Shown here: positions 41,401 to 53,400 of the stretch, piece by piece
Layout: each line of letters starts with the position of its first letter
How positions within the stretch are numbered: position 1 is the first letter of the stretch
Assembly: GCA_036172245.1 (NCBI GenBank)
Contig: JAYWIR010000004.1
Location: 4,650,001-4,714,000, forward strand
DNA length: 64,000 nucleotides
DNA from: Raillietiella orientalis
Taxonomy: Eukaryota
Reading direction: 5' to 3'
Notes under the pieces: model-generated
What the model was told of the DNA's origin: nothing
The model's database searches: none
The model's input: the letters and a program-made list of their open reading frames with translations, nothing else
Made by a program: the position numbers and the translations under genes

Positions 41401-44400
41401 TCCTTTTTAGAAATGAAAATTAAAATTAAGGCGGGGCTCGCACGACGTCGGGCACGATAAAACTGCGATGTGTGCTTCCCGCGCATGCATTTTCGGGATT
41501 CGGAGGCTGCTTTTGCTCTTCGCGTCTAAATTTGAGATGAAGCTGGCGCGAATGGGTGCCGCAGTGATGTCGCCATGTCTTTGCAAACGCAAGCGCTCGT
41601 ACTGTGAACACCTAGGATCACTCTTGAGGAAGGTGCCAACTTTCATGGGCGCATTCGGTCAACATATCGGCGCTGGGACGAACGTTCGTTTCCCCTCCGA
41701 GCAGGAAACAGCATTTGGTGCAAATAAGAAACTAACGATGTGTTTCGAACCACAAGGGAAGTCCATTACGCGTGATCCGTCCGCGTAGCTGTGGAAAAAC
41801 TTTGCTTTTATTGTATTGCAGTGAGTGTAACATAATAAAAATGTTTTCCTCTATTAGGTCCTCCGGGAAAACTAGAGATCCGAGGAACCGGAAATAGCGC
41901 TGTTTTAAAGAGAGGGCAGCTGGGAAAATTCATTTGCAGTTCGGAAGGAGGAAATCCCCTACCGGTGCTCTCTTGGCTTAAGAACGGAAAAGAGGTATGG
42001 CGATTAGATACGCACAAATTTCGCTTCTAATTTTGAAATGGGTATTAATTTGAAAAAATTAAACATAGAAAGAAAGAGAGGGTGTAAAGATTCGCTGGAT
42101 TCTGTCGTTACCGAATTCACCCCTTCGTAACGCGATGCAAGCGATCAGCCATTCGTTGAAAACCGCGAACAGCCTCCGAAATCAAATCCGGAGCTGAAAA
42201 AGTTCCAATCAAGCGGCTCGCTTCCGTCTGCTTCCCTCACCGAGATCCCGAAAACGGCCTTTCGCCTTCCAAATCTCGCAATCATCCAAGAGGCGTACGC
42301 TCGTATTGCCTGATCCAGCAGTACGAGCGCGCACTGTGAGCAGCGAAGATCTTTGTCTCATTCGCCCATCGTTGAAGCCGCGCTCGCCCCCGGGCGCAGA
42401 TCGCTCTCCCCCACGAATGAAATCCGCTTCGGGCAAGCCAACCCAGACTGCGCGGACTTTTGCACAGATCGGCTGCCGTTTCCATCTTGCAGATCCATCG
42501 TTCTAACGCGAGCGATGAGCAGAGTGGAGATTCGCTCCGTTCGCCGTGGTTCCGCCCTGAGTGGACCAAGCGTTTCCTTCAGGATTCAAGACGGGAACCC
42601 GACAAGCCGGGAAAAACGCAACCACAGCCGTTTCTGCTCGTGCTTCCCGAAACGTCGGAAGCGAAGAAACCAGGTCAACCGACTCTTTGACCGAAAGACC
42701 CAAAGCGGAAAATGTTCCCTTTTCATTTTGCGGAGTCAGGAAGATGGAAGAATCAGCAAGCAGCATCCAGTCCTTGGGACGGAACGTTTTTCTAGCGAAA
42801 CGGCTGGTTGAAGTAAACAACTATCTGATGACAGCGCTTTTATTGGTTCTTGCGTCATGATATCCCATCTTTTCCCGGAGATGATCAATGAGCTTGTTTG
42901 TTCCTTTTCTACATTCCATCTTCCTCCTTATTTGGTGGACGAACTGGCTTGCAAGCAAGCAGGTCTTTCTTATGCTCACAGATATCAACTGAGGACGTGT
43001 TTCTTCGTATTTGCATCCGCAGGCCATGCACAGCATCCTTCGTGGTCGGTTCTCCTCAAAGCGGACATTTCTGTCCGCTTTGAGGAGAACATCGTCATCC
43101 TTTCGTGGCCGATGTTTTCATAGATCGTTGAGTGGAATCTGGGCAACTCTGGAACACGGTGATTCTCATTTGACCACAGTCCACGTGAGGCGATTCCCAT
43201 GCTTCCCTTCTTTCTCGTTCATGTTTGACCACCAACGTAACATTCGTTTTTTTCTTCATTCGTGGAGATCCGTCGAAAACTGCTGATTTGGTATGCGTGA
43301 ATCATCGGTTGCTCTCTTGCCGCATTGGTTCTTCTGGCATCTACCCTGCCGCAGAACGCCAGTCATCTCGTTGTCAGCTTCTGAGACGCAGGTACCTATC
43401 CCGATGGATTTTTGTTGGCAAGCAGTGACGTGTTTTGCTAAAGCAGTGACCCATTTGCTGCATGTCAGGCACGTAATTCTCATTCGCTGCGGTTCTCATC
43501 CATGACTGATATGATGAATTAAATTGACTGAAGATGCTGCGAAGCTGCAATCCACTCGAGGTTGCGTTTTCATCTCTGGTTCCCTAGTTGTTATCAGAAA
43601 ATTAAGAATGTCTTCTGTGTTCAAAAGATCAACCAGAACGCGTTTCTTCTTGGCTGAAATGGAGTAGCGAATCCGCGAGGAATCGTGGGTTTTTATAGCG
43701 CAGCTTTGCGAATGTCGTCATTTTCCAGCCAGGGTAGCAAGGATAGAACGCATGCGCGCATCTCTGCTCCCGTTTGGGGTCGAATAGCGCGCGCTTAAAT
43801 TTCCCCAGATTTTCGATTCAATTGGCCTGAAAGGATTCAAGAGCGCGCGCGCGAGCGCAATTAGCTTCCCGTGGAAAGAGAGCAATTCATCCAAGGGCCA
43901 CTCGTTGCCCCTTTTCCTGCATTCGAATTCCCGGATCTCACACGCTTCTCTGCAACCACGTCACATTCGGGGAAGGTTGCTACTGCTCCTGGCATCAACC
44001 CTGATAGCCGTACCGTAAAGTGGATCTTCATCACCTGATCATGGGTTCCCTGCAACACAGTTTGAGCCTTCTGCTCCACCCCGAGACTTTTATAATCGCG
44101 GTCTCATGTGTTCTGAAAGCCCAGTTGCAATCCGCATTCGTTTTCCTCTCTTGACCCCTACCGTCATCACAGCGTTCCTGCATCACGTGACCCCATCCCA
44201 TCTGAGAGCCACGGAACGCTTCACAGACAGAGCTGCTGCCTGCCCATCGCCTTATGCCAACTTCTTGGAATCAGAAGGAAGAAACCTGCGTGCTTTTGAA
44301 ACTGAAATGTCCAGAATACAACTTGGAATCTTCGCTCTGGGACTGGGCTTCTGAATGAAACAACCAAAGTCCTTGCAGCACCTTATGTCGGCGTAGCGTC

Positions 44401-47400
44401 TCCGGTTGTGGCACTCCCGGCATGATTTTTCCACCTGAATTTAAAAATCTCTTTAGTTGAGGAGGCGGAACAAGTCTCATGGAGGAGCAGGAAGGTTACA
44501 ACACGGAACACTTCACGCACGCGGATGGGGAAAGAGCGAATCGGGATAGCTTCCTGTTTTCCGGAAGAACGAAGTAAAGAATTCCTCTAGCACGTCTTCC
44601 AAGATTTCGGGAATGGGAATCTAAGAACCTAAGAGGGTTTCTAACCTTCCCTGATTTCGACAGACCAAGTTCCTACCTTTCGTGGACGACCAATGATGGA
44701 GGATTCGAAACAGGACCCCACTTCAAGACTTCCGTCATCACACGTGCACAGAAAACAAAACACAAAAAAAAGGCAAAACGGTGTTCCTCATAAAATTCAT
44801 GAAAACCCACAGGAGGTTCCTAGTAAGAACCTCGTGCACGCGCTTACGGAATATCAGTCCTCAGAAGGAAGGGGGAAAAACAGAGCACGTCTACAGAAGC
44901 GTTGTCATTCAGTTTTCCGGGAATACAGCCTGCTCACGAAACCTGGGTGAATGATGCTGTTCCCCTGAACGCCGTATCAGAAAAGCTAACGGATTCCGAA
45001 AATAAAATGTGAGCATCGATCAGGTGTTAAAAAACATGGCGCGCTGACTAATGGGGAGTCCTCGGTGAATGGTTAACGGCCATTTGTAAGGGGGAGGAGG
45101 AACGAGGAAAAAAAAGCAGACCGGAAGAAAGGGATGGGGGAGTTTCCGATACCCTGCTTGGTAATTAAGCTTCCATTGAATATAGCTGCGTCCCATTCGG
45201 CTTTTCGAACTCCCTTTCTGTGTCAGAAATTCCTGAGATTATTAGGGAGACACTCGAGGCGGGGGAGGGGGAGGTAGCTCTTTAATGAGATTTTTAGTCG
45301 AGTAAGCAAAAAGCATAAATCATTTCAACTCCACAGATGAACGCTTCGACTTGCGCCTCTCGAGATTCTGCACCCGATAGCAATCAGCAGTTAAAAGCTA
45401 GAATAAAAGTTTTGTCAAAGACCGCGACGTCTCGTAGAGGAAGCAGTTGAGCTGAGGAACAGATGCACTATTTCTTGGCTTCTCAGTAACGATCAGGAAG
45501 CGGTCTCAGCGCTTCCCTCTCGTGTAAAAAGTGATGCGATGCGGCTGGTGATGCACGTTTCCTCCTGCATCGAACAAGAAAGAGACAGGCACGAATTTTG
45601 GTTCGCCAAGTGCCTCAAGAGCCTTCGAGCGCCTGGAGGTCCACGCAGCTCTTTGACCCTGTCTCACGTCACCCGAGGGCGCGTGTAATTCTTCAAGATA
45701 GGGGGTACCCCGGAAGGGACCCACCCTATGAAACCAAGAAGGACCCCGGAGAAGGGAGCCCGTTCCTCTCACGCCTGGGGCGGGATCCCGAAGGGGACAT
45801 CTCCACCCTGGTTGTCTCCGAAGGGAAACCCCGGATGGAATCTCCTTCCTTATCCTTTCTGGAGGGAATCCGGAAAGGATCCGCTATTAGGAATCTCTTC
45901 TCCGGAAGGAACCCGCAAGGGAACCGCTTCTGTTTACTCCTCTGAAGGAAACCCCGGAGGGACACTTCCGAAATTTCTCAGAAGGGCGCTCCCCGAAGGG
46001 AACGGCTCGCTTCTTTGCACTCTGAAGAGGAAACACACCTACTCCATGGTACGACACGGATGGTCTCCTTTGCACATTCTAACTACCACTCCTTGATTTT
46101 GTTTTCTGGAAGGACACGGAGGTCGACTCCCAATGCCGGCCACTCATCGTGGGCATCCGGTTTGAACCGCTACTGGCATCGCATCTTAATAGAGGCCAAC
46201 CAGCGTCATCTTGCAGGAGGAACTCGAACCCACAACTCAGCCCCATCTCTCGGCATCGATTCTTTACGAGTATTCGAACTCAAGCGACGCTTCGTGCCAC
46301 GTGCGGAGACCGTGGCTATAAGGCCTCCGACGCAGGCACACCTGCACGAATTCCGTGACGTTCCCATGGCAACAGCGGAGCAATTCTGATCCCTTGGAGC
46401 CTTATGAAAGGAACTAAAGAGTGCACTCGAGAGAAGGTCCGTCATTTTATGTCGGAGCCACCGGCGAGAGTGGCATCCACCATTCGCGTTTCCAGCGCCG
46501 GAGGGTACATCGAGATCGCTCCTTCCGTGGCTTTTCCCACCTTGTTCTGTAAGAGCGAAAATCCTTCTTCCAGAGAGGCTGACCTCTGGAATCCCTCTTC
46601 CCCCCACTCCGCATTTGCTGTAGTAGTCTGGAGCGACCGTGAACCGCGTCCGAAACTCTCGAGTCGCTGTTGGCCAGCAGAGAGGGAAAGGAGGAGCCCC
46701 TCACACTCTGAAGGCACCCCAAGCGTCCCTAAACCTCTTCGCAGAACATCGAGTCCACTCGACTGTCCCGCGCCAGGCACCTCGCCACCCTGCTCCTATT
46801 CTTCTAGGTAGAATTCAAGCGCTGTCTCTGAGGAAGCTTCTCTTCCGAGATTCCTCCGCCTCTCCAGGCGCACTCTTGAGGCTCTCTCAGTGGCTGCACG
46901 GGCGGTGCGGTGGTCAACTCCATGCTCATTTCGCCCCTTCCCGTTCCAATTGGGGTGCGACTCCCCCACCGTGACGCACTCGCTCCCATCCGCAGGAGAG
47001 TCTCACCCTCGGTCAGTTTTCCATTTCCGGAAGTCTTTAAGATGGAACCTCCGATGTGGTACTCTCCAGATGTGTCTTGGACTCGTTTTAGGTGAAGGGG
47101 GGCGTCGTTTTGTGCTTCCACCCTCGATTGGCTCTCAGACTCTTTCCGTTGTGCGCTATTCCTGCGGACGGAAGGAGGAAGGCTATGGCATATGATGGGA
47201 AGGATTCCGCATTGTTCCCGCAATCAAACTCTCCTCCCATCGAGGCTGCGGTCCTCGGAGGTCCTTTCTTCTCTTCACCTCCGGCTTTCAGTACAAGTTC
47301 CGAAGGGAAACGGGAGGGCTGTTGCCTGAGCCCACAGCATTTCTTTTGTGATACGCTCCGCCTGTCGCTGAGGAAACCTCAGCTTCTGGTTGTTTTCTGA

Positions 47401-50400
47401 GTCCCGCTGCCTCAAGGATCCCGCGGGAGTTGCTTGTTACTGAAGCTGGCATTCCTTCTCCTGCCTTCTCTCCTCTTCAAAGAAGCTTTCTGCTCACCCC
47501 ATCGGTGGGTATACAGAATGTGTACACTTCCTCGAAGAAGTCCTCGATTTCTGAAGTCCTTGACAGACTGGATTCCATGGTCACGACCCGGTCTGTCTCT
47601 GAAGCTCACTAGGACTGACGCTCCGAGGAGACTGCAATCTCCATTGGGCGAGCAGCAGACTGCTGCAGAGAAGGTCGATTCTCGCACTGAACTTCTCTTC
47701 CCGGATCCCGCATGCGTCCCACGGTCCTCCCTGCAACACAGGTGCCTCACAGTGGTCCAGTGATCGTGCGAGAGTTCTTTCTGAGAGCTGTGCACGTGGG
47801 TCGTCAAGTACCACCCATCTGCTGCTTCCAGCCTTCCTTGTTTTTGGCCAAGCGCATTCTCGGAAAGGCATCCCCCCTGGATGAGGCTTTTCAGAACTTG
47901 GCTGAGGAGAGATTGCCACTGAGTTCCGCCTTCGTGAATCCTCTGGAATTCCTCTGCCACACCCGCCGAGCTCTCTTGACTGCTGATCGAAAGGATCAAA
48001 GGGAGGGCACTTTGGAGTCGCCTCCCACGAGGCATAGGTCACCCCTTATGCTTCTTCTGACCCTACCTTCTCCCTACCAGGATTTTCTACGTGCCCTTTT
48101 CCCCATTTTATCTTCTCATTTCCTTCCGCGAGGGAACACCTGGAGTGCCATGCATCGACGACTTTGGAAGCCGAAACGCCGTCGGCAGCCAGTATGCTCC
48201 TGTGGCTCCGGGGAGGGTAGAGAGCGATCTGTCTGCCTTCCCTTCCTACTGCCATATCACGGGGTGAAGTGGAAGGCACATCCGGCACCCCGCGCGTGAC
48301 AGCTGTGTGCCCGGAAGCGGACGGAAGCCAAAGACCACCTGCTTCCTGTGGCCACTATGATTCCTGCCCCTCCCTTGATCTCAATCGCTTACCCGCGGGA
48401 TTCCCACTCCTCTCAGGGGAGGACGGGAGGAGTCTCCACCCACGCAATCGCGCCTCATCTCGCCAGTTCGGTTGCCCCTAGCGGCGCCGCAGCACGCAAA
48501 CCATGGAAAGAAAAAGAGGGGAGTTGGGGAAAGAAAAAGGAAACTCCCTCTGTGCCTCGCCCTTCCGAGAGACAGGGAGCGAATCTGCTGCTGAGAGTCG
48601 TATTTCCCTTTTCTGAGAATCACCCTTTGATGGGCCGAAGACGTAGTACTCTGGGAAGGATGGCCACTTCCTCTGGGTGCTTCTCGAAGACAGATCTCTC
48701 CCGAGAAGAAGAGGGCGAGGCCCCGCGCTGCCCAGGGAAGGAGGCTGTCCAATCTGTGGCCGCCTTTTGCTCGTGCAGTACGGGCAGCATCCCCTCTCCC
48801 TTCTTTTTTATTCTTTTCCATCCCCGCTTTTTCGCGTGCGCATGTCTTCCTCACTCCGCCCTCCCCTGAATCTCCTTCCCCTACGATCCCTCCTGCTCCC
48901 TCGAGCCTTCTCCGATTTCTCTTCTGTTCCCTTAACTGATCCCGTTCCCCCCTGTCTGGTAGAGTGCGACGAAGGACGGATGGACTCTTCCAGCAGGAAC
49001 GACCGTCTGCTTGTCTCCAAACGGCACGTATGAAAGTGGGATGGGGGGGGGGGGGGGCTGAGGCGTAGGAGGAGGCAAGGGATTTCTCATTTGCGCATCA
49101 GAGACTCCTCTCACTCACTCTTCTCCTCGAAGGTGGCCTCTGTGAAGAAGCAGGACGAGAGCACGAGGGTCTCCCTGGCGGAGGTGGTCATCGACGCCCA
49201 GCCAGAGGACGACGGGTCCCTCTACATGTGCCGGACATCCCAGATGGGGGAGCAGCAGCAGAAGCAGGTCGACCTGCTCATCTCCGTGCTATGTGAGTGC
49301 TTGCTTATCCGGAGACGTTTTTTCGCAAGGACACACGAGCGCTCCCGGGAAGATAAAGCCGGGGGAGGGAGAAGGGAGAGAGAGAGAAAAGAGTCGGTTT
49401 GCTCTCGTGGAGCCACTCTTCCTCGCAAAAATGAGAGGAGGGAAGTTCATGGAACGGCCAAAGAGACCGGATCGCGAGCTCCAGGGAGTGGGTGGGATGC
49501 TGGAGGGAGATTTTGGAGACTCATCTCCTGCAAGTTCCGTTGCAGCGGGCGGCTGGGCTACTTCCGTTGTCTCTCCTTCGTCCCTCCATCCGAAGCGTTT
49601 GAGAGAGGAATAGGAAAGGTCACAAAGACAGCAACACCCTCCGGCAAGGAAGGCCAGAGGCTGCTAGCAGGTTGAGCGCTGAAGGACACTAGGAAGAAGC
49701 TCCAGAGTTCAAGGAGTGCTCCATGGACCAACTCTTGAGTGGCTTTCTGGCCCTCATCTTCCTTCCTTTCCTTATTCCTCATGTTTGCCTCATCACGAGG
49801 CGTGGGAGGTCCACCATCAGGTGAAATGGCTGCTGCAACCGAGAGGCTTCCTTTCGCCTGCTCTCTAAGCATAGCGTAAGGGTTCCGATGGGGAAACAGG
49901 AAGGAGAGAAGAAAGCTTCCGCAAGTGACCCGTTCTTTATTCCTTCTCTTCTGCGTGGTGCTTTCGCCGGCCTTTTCAAGGTCTCCGGAAAACGAAAAAG
50001 CGCTCGAGAGCTCCCGAGTCTCCCCCTCTGCAAGATACTGCCGACCTTACCGGAGGTGAAGAAAGATCCGTTCTCGAGGAGTAGGAATGTCTTCCAGCCG
50101 TTCAAGTGGCCTTGCTGACGGATGGAGGTCCCTGGGAGCCGTTGCGGGCGAGCCACGAGGTAATCAGTAAGGCTCCCAGGGCGGAGCGGGAGAAAATAGG
50201 AGGAGGAAGGACGGGGGACTCCTCGTGAAGGAGCAACCAGCGATAGTATGGGAGGGATGAAGGTGCGCTGATGTTTCATCGCGTCGGCTCGAGGCCAGCC
50301 TCTCTCTACGGCGCCACGGCAACCTTCCCTGTGCAATCAGAAAGATGGCCGTTTTTTCTCTGGATCTCAGCTTTTTACCAGGTTTCTCTGGAATAAAGTG

Positions 50401-53400
50401 GTGGAAGCCGTTCGAAGCATAGAAGAACTCGAAAGATGGATGAGGAGTGGTTACGGGAGGGATGGCGAGTTGGGGTCTCTGGCGGGCGATCAGCAGGTGT
50501 CCCACTCTCCATCAGAGGCGTAGGAGGAAAGAGCAGCTGAGACAGCACGGCTGCAATCAGAGGAACAGGAAAGGCAGCTCTCAGCCGCCTTTCCTGTTCG
50601 GTTCTATCCGTTTGCTGGAGCGCAAGCCAGAACACCTCCAACCCAAGAGGTTCCTCTCCGCCATCCGAAGCCGCGGCAGTGAATCCACAGAATCGCAAGA
50701 AGCGTTCCATCGCGATGGTTTTTCCCCTTCTCTCACCCTCAGTTTGCTCCTGTTCAGCTCCCCTCTTCCCTGCAGATCCCACACTCTTCCTACGGGAGCA
50801 GATTCCTTTTCTACACGTCGGGCGCCTTGCAGAAATCGAAAGTTGAAGTCTGCGGACCATGCAGTGGCCACCTCGCAAGGTGCACCAAGTATGGACAAAA
50901 GAAACCAGCTGCTACCTCGCATCTCTGCATCTCTTTCTCATATCCTCAGTCTCCAGCCCTCCTCGCAGAACCTGGAAGGTGCGCATGCGGTCGCGGCTTC
51001 ACGGCCCGTCCATGGATGTCCATGGAATCCTCCTCGTATGATCTCCCTGCGGGTATCATTGCTATGCGACACGTGACTCTTTGGTTTCCTTCACCCTTAG
51101 CTGCGTTTTGGAGGGGTCCATATCCCTCTCCCCTAGTCTAAGGTCGATCGGGATGTCGGGAGGTCGAGAAGACCTCCCGATTTCCCTTTCTCTCTGACAC
51201 TCTTCGGAAAGAAAAGCTGCCTCTTTCCTGCAATGGAGGCAAAACCACGGTTGCCTGCCCTACGAGTGTCGCTGGCGGGAAAGCTCCCATCTGAGCCTCA
51301 GCGTCCTGAGAAAAGGAACTCTGAAGAGATCACGGAGCCTCGAGTGATGGAGCGCATCAGCAGTTCCCATGCCGTCTTTTCTTTTAGAGGAACCCTGCTT
51401 CAGAAAACTTGGGGAGCCTTGGTAGCGGTTTTCTTCACAAGCGTACTAGACCCCATCCAGGCAGTCTGGCTGCCTAGTCCGGAATACCTGTTCCGGTCCC
51501 CTCCTGCGTTCTTTGTAGGATGGAAAAGGTTTTGGATGTTCCACCTCTGGCCTCGGCAGGCACGTCCTTCATCGTGCAGAAATAGAATCCATTCCCCGCT
51601 CCAGCTTTCTTTCCCTGGGGAAGCCGTGTCTCCCTCATCTGAGATCTCCGGTTTGCATTCCTTCCCTCCCTTGGCTCTTCGATTGTTCAGTAGCCTCCTT
51701 CGCCTCCGTCGTGAGAATAAAAGGAGAAAGGAAGGCAGGAAGTTCGTTGCTGAGCCCGCGGAACTTTGGCCGGTCTGCAGGCAGAGGAAACTTCCGGAAG
51801 AGTGTTGCGACTCTGTGCTCTCGGAATCTCCGTCTAGCCGCCTCATCAGCTTGCAATTAAAAAGCGCCAGATGTAACAAGCGCACATGAGTGTGCTCTCT
51901 TTTGCTTCCTTCCCGCCCCCCCTTTCTCTCCTCTTCTTAGAGGCGTCTCTGCCAGCCGTCATTCCTTTGAACAAAACCTGGAGCCCGCACGAACTCCAAG
52001 ATCCACTCTCCCTCTCTTTCTCCTTCTGCCTCGTCCGCTCTTCGAGATGAAAAGTCTCGCCTCTTCCCTCTATCCGATCTTCCCTTTCTTTCAGCAGATG
52101 TGTGACTGCTGAACTTCCGACTCTCTTTGCTGGCTTCCGTTTCTCCGAGGACGCTGCGGAGTACGAGCGCTGGCTGCTGTCACCAAAGAGCCCCATCGGC
52201 GCCGAAGATCACTCGGAATCCCTCTCTGAGAGGAAACGACTCTTCAGGAGACGATGTCACAAAGACATCGTCTCCCGAAAAGTCAGTGCTGTCCATAGTA
52301 CTCAACGGCCCCATGCTCGAACACGTACGAATCCGGCTACAGTGAGAATGTGTCCTGCGTACCTCGAGTGCTCATCAACGACCCTGTAGATGGACCCGTT
52401 CATCATTCAAAAGCGGGAAATCCACCTGGCACCAGACCATTCTGAACTCTCCTTCTCCTTGTTACCTCTCCGCCTCCTTTGCACCGCGTCTCCGCGATGC
52501 CTGGAAACGTCCCTGCTCTTTTGCGCGGGAGCACCCGCATCCTGTGCAGCGCTTTCGTGTCTTGCTCCAGAGGAGCTTTTTTTTTTCATTTCCGTTCCTG
52601 TTGATCCCTTCTTTCATGGTCTTTTCACGAAGCTGAACGCAGATGATGAATCCTCCATTGCCTCCTTTACGGAATTAGGGAGAGCATCGTGCGCGCTTTC
52701 CTCCGTGCAGGCGATTGCTGAGATGCAGAGAATCTGCAGAAGATTGGAAGCCTCGGTTTTATTTTGTTTTTACTCCAGATGGGAAGCCGGACTGAGTAGC
52801 AACTTGGCTTCGCCTTTCAGCTGTAAAGACTTGCCCTTGCCTGTGTTCTTCGCCTTAAGAAATCCCTCCTGGAAACATGGCGAATACTCGTTACAGCAAT
52901 AAAGTAGGGATGCTGGATAGGTATTACGCTATTGGAGTGATTCCTCGGATAATTCGCATCCTCCATTTCCAGCAAAACCTTTTTCTTCAAATCCTTTAAA
53001 CTGAAGGAACAGCACTTCACTGGAGCATGGAAAGCGAACTGATATGGACCAGGGTTTATATCAAGTAAGAACATCAAGCTGGATCATCTACTATAAGAAA
53101 GCAGCTGTTTCAGAGGAATAGTTTAAACATTCAATTCAGCATCAAGATGCGAAATCAATTGAGGATTAGCTTCCTTACGAAAACTAATCTTGCATTCTGA
53201 AAAAGATTTTCGCTTGCTTTTGTGACCATCGTAGTGCACGTGGCGTCTTCTCTGCGAATTCGAAAGTCTGCCGATTTCCGATGCTACTCCTCCCTTGTCC
53301 GCCTTCACACTGGCCTTTTTCCCTCGGTTTATCACAGTTTCCTGCAAGCTACAGTAGTTGCCTTTAAAGTGAATTTCCTATTTCCATGTTACATGCCATC

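Larger units (their letters stand above)
45500..52600. other. Second, intragenic GC-rich domain around exon 8 (approximate edges)
   Basis: Visibly GC-rich with purine/pyrimidine tracts; exon 8 GC3 = 49/53. Confidence 0.7.

Noticed and set aside
45700..46035. CRISPR interpretation of the core-plus-spacer array
   Set aside because: Cores are degenerate, spacers are short and pyrimidine-biased, there are no cas genes, and the array lies in a eukaryotic intron
46150..46285. tRNA or tRNA-derived SINE suggested by B-box-like TCGAACC/TTGAACC/TCGAACT motifs
   Set aside because: I could not build a cloverleaf, an A box or a properly paired T stem
52127..52345. Candidate for the missing Ig6 exon
   Set aside because: No Ig Cys/Trp/DxGxYxC pattern in the frames examined
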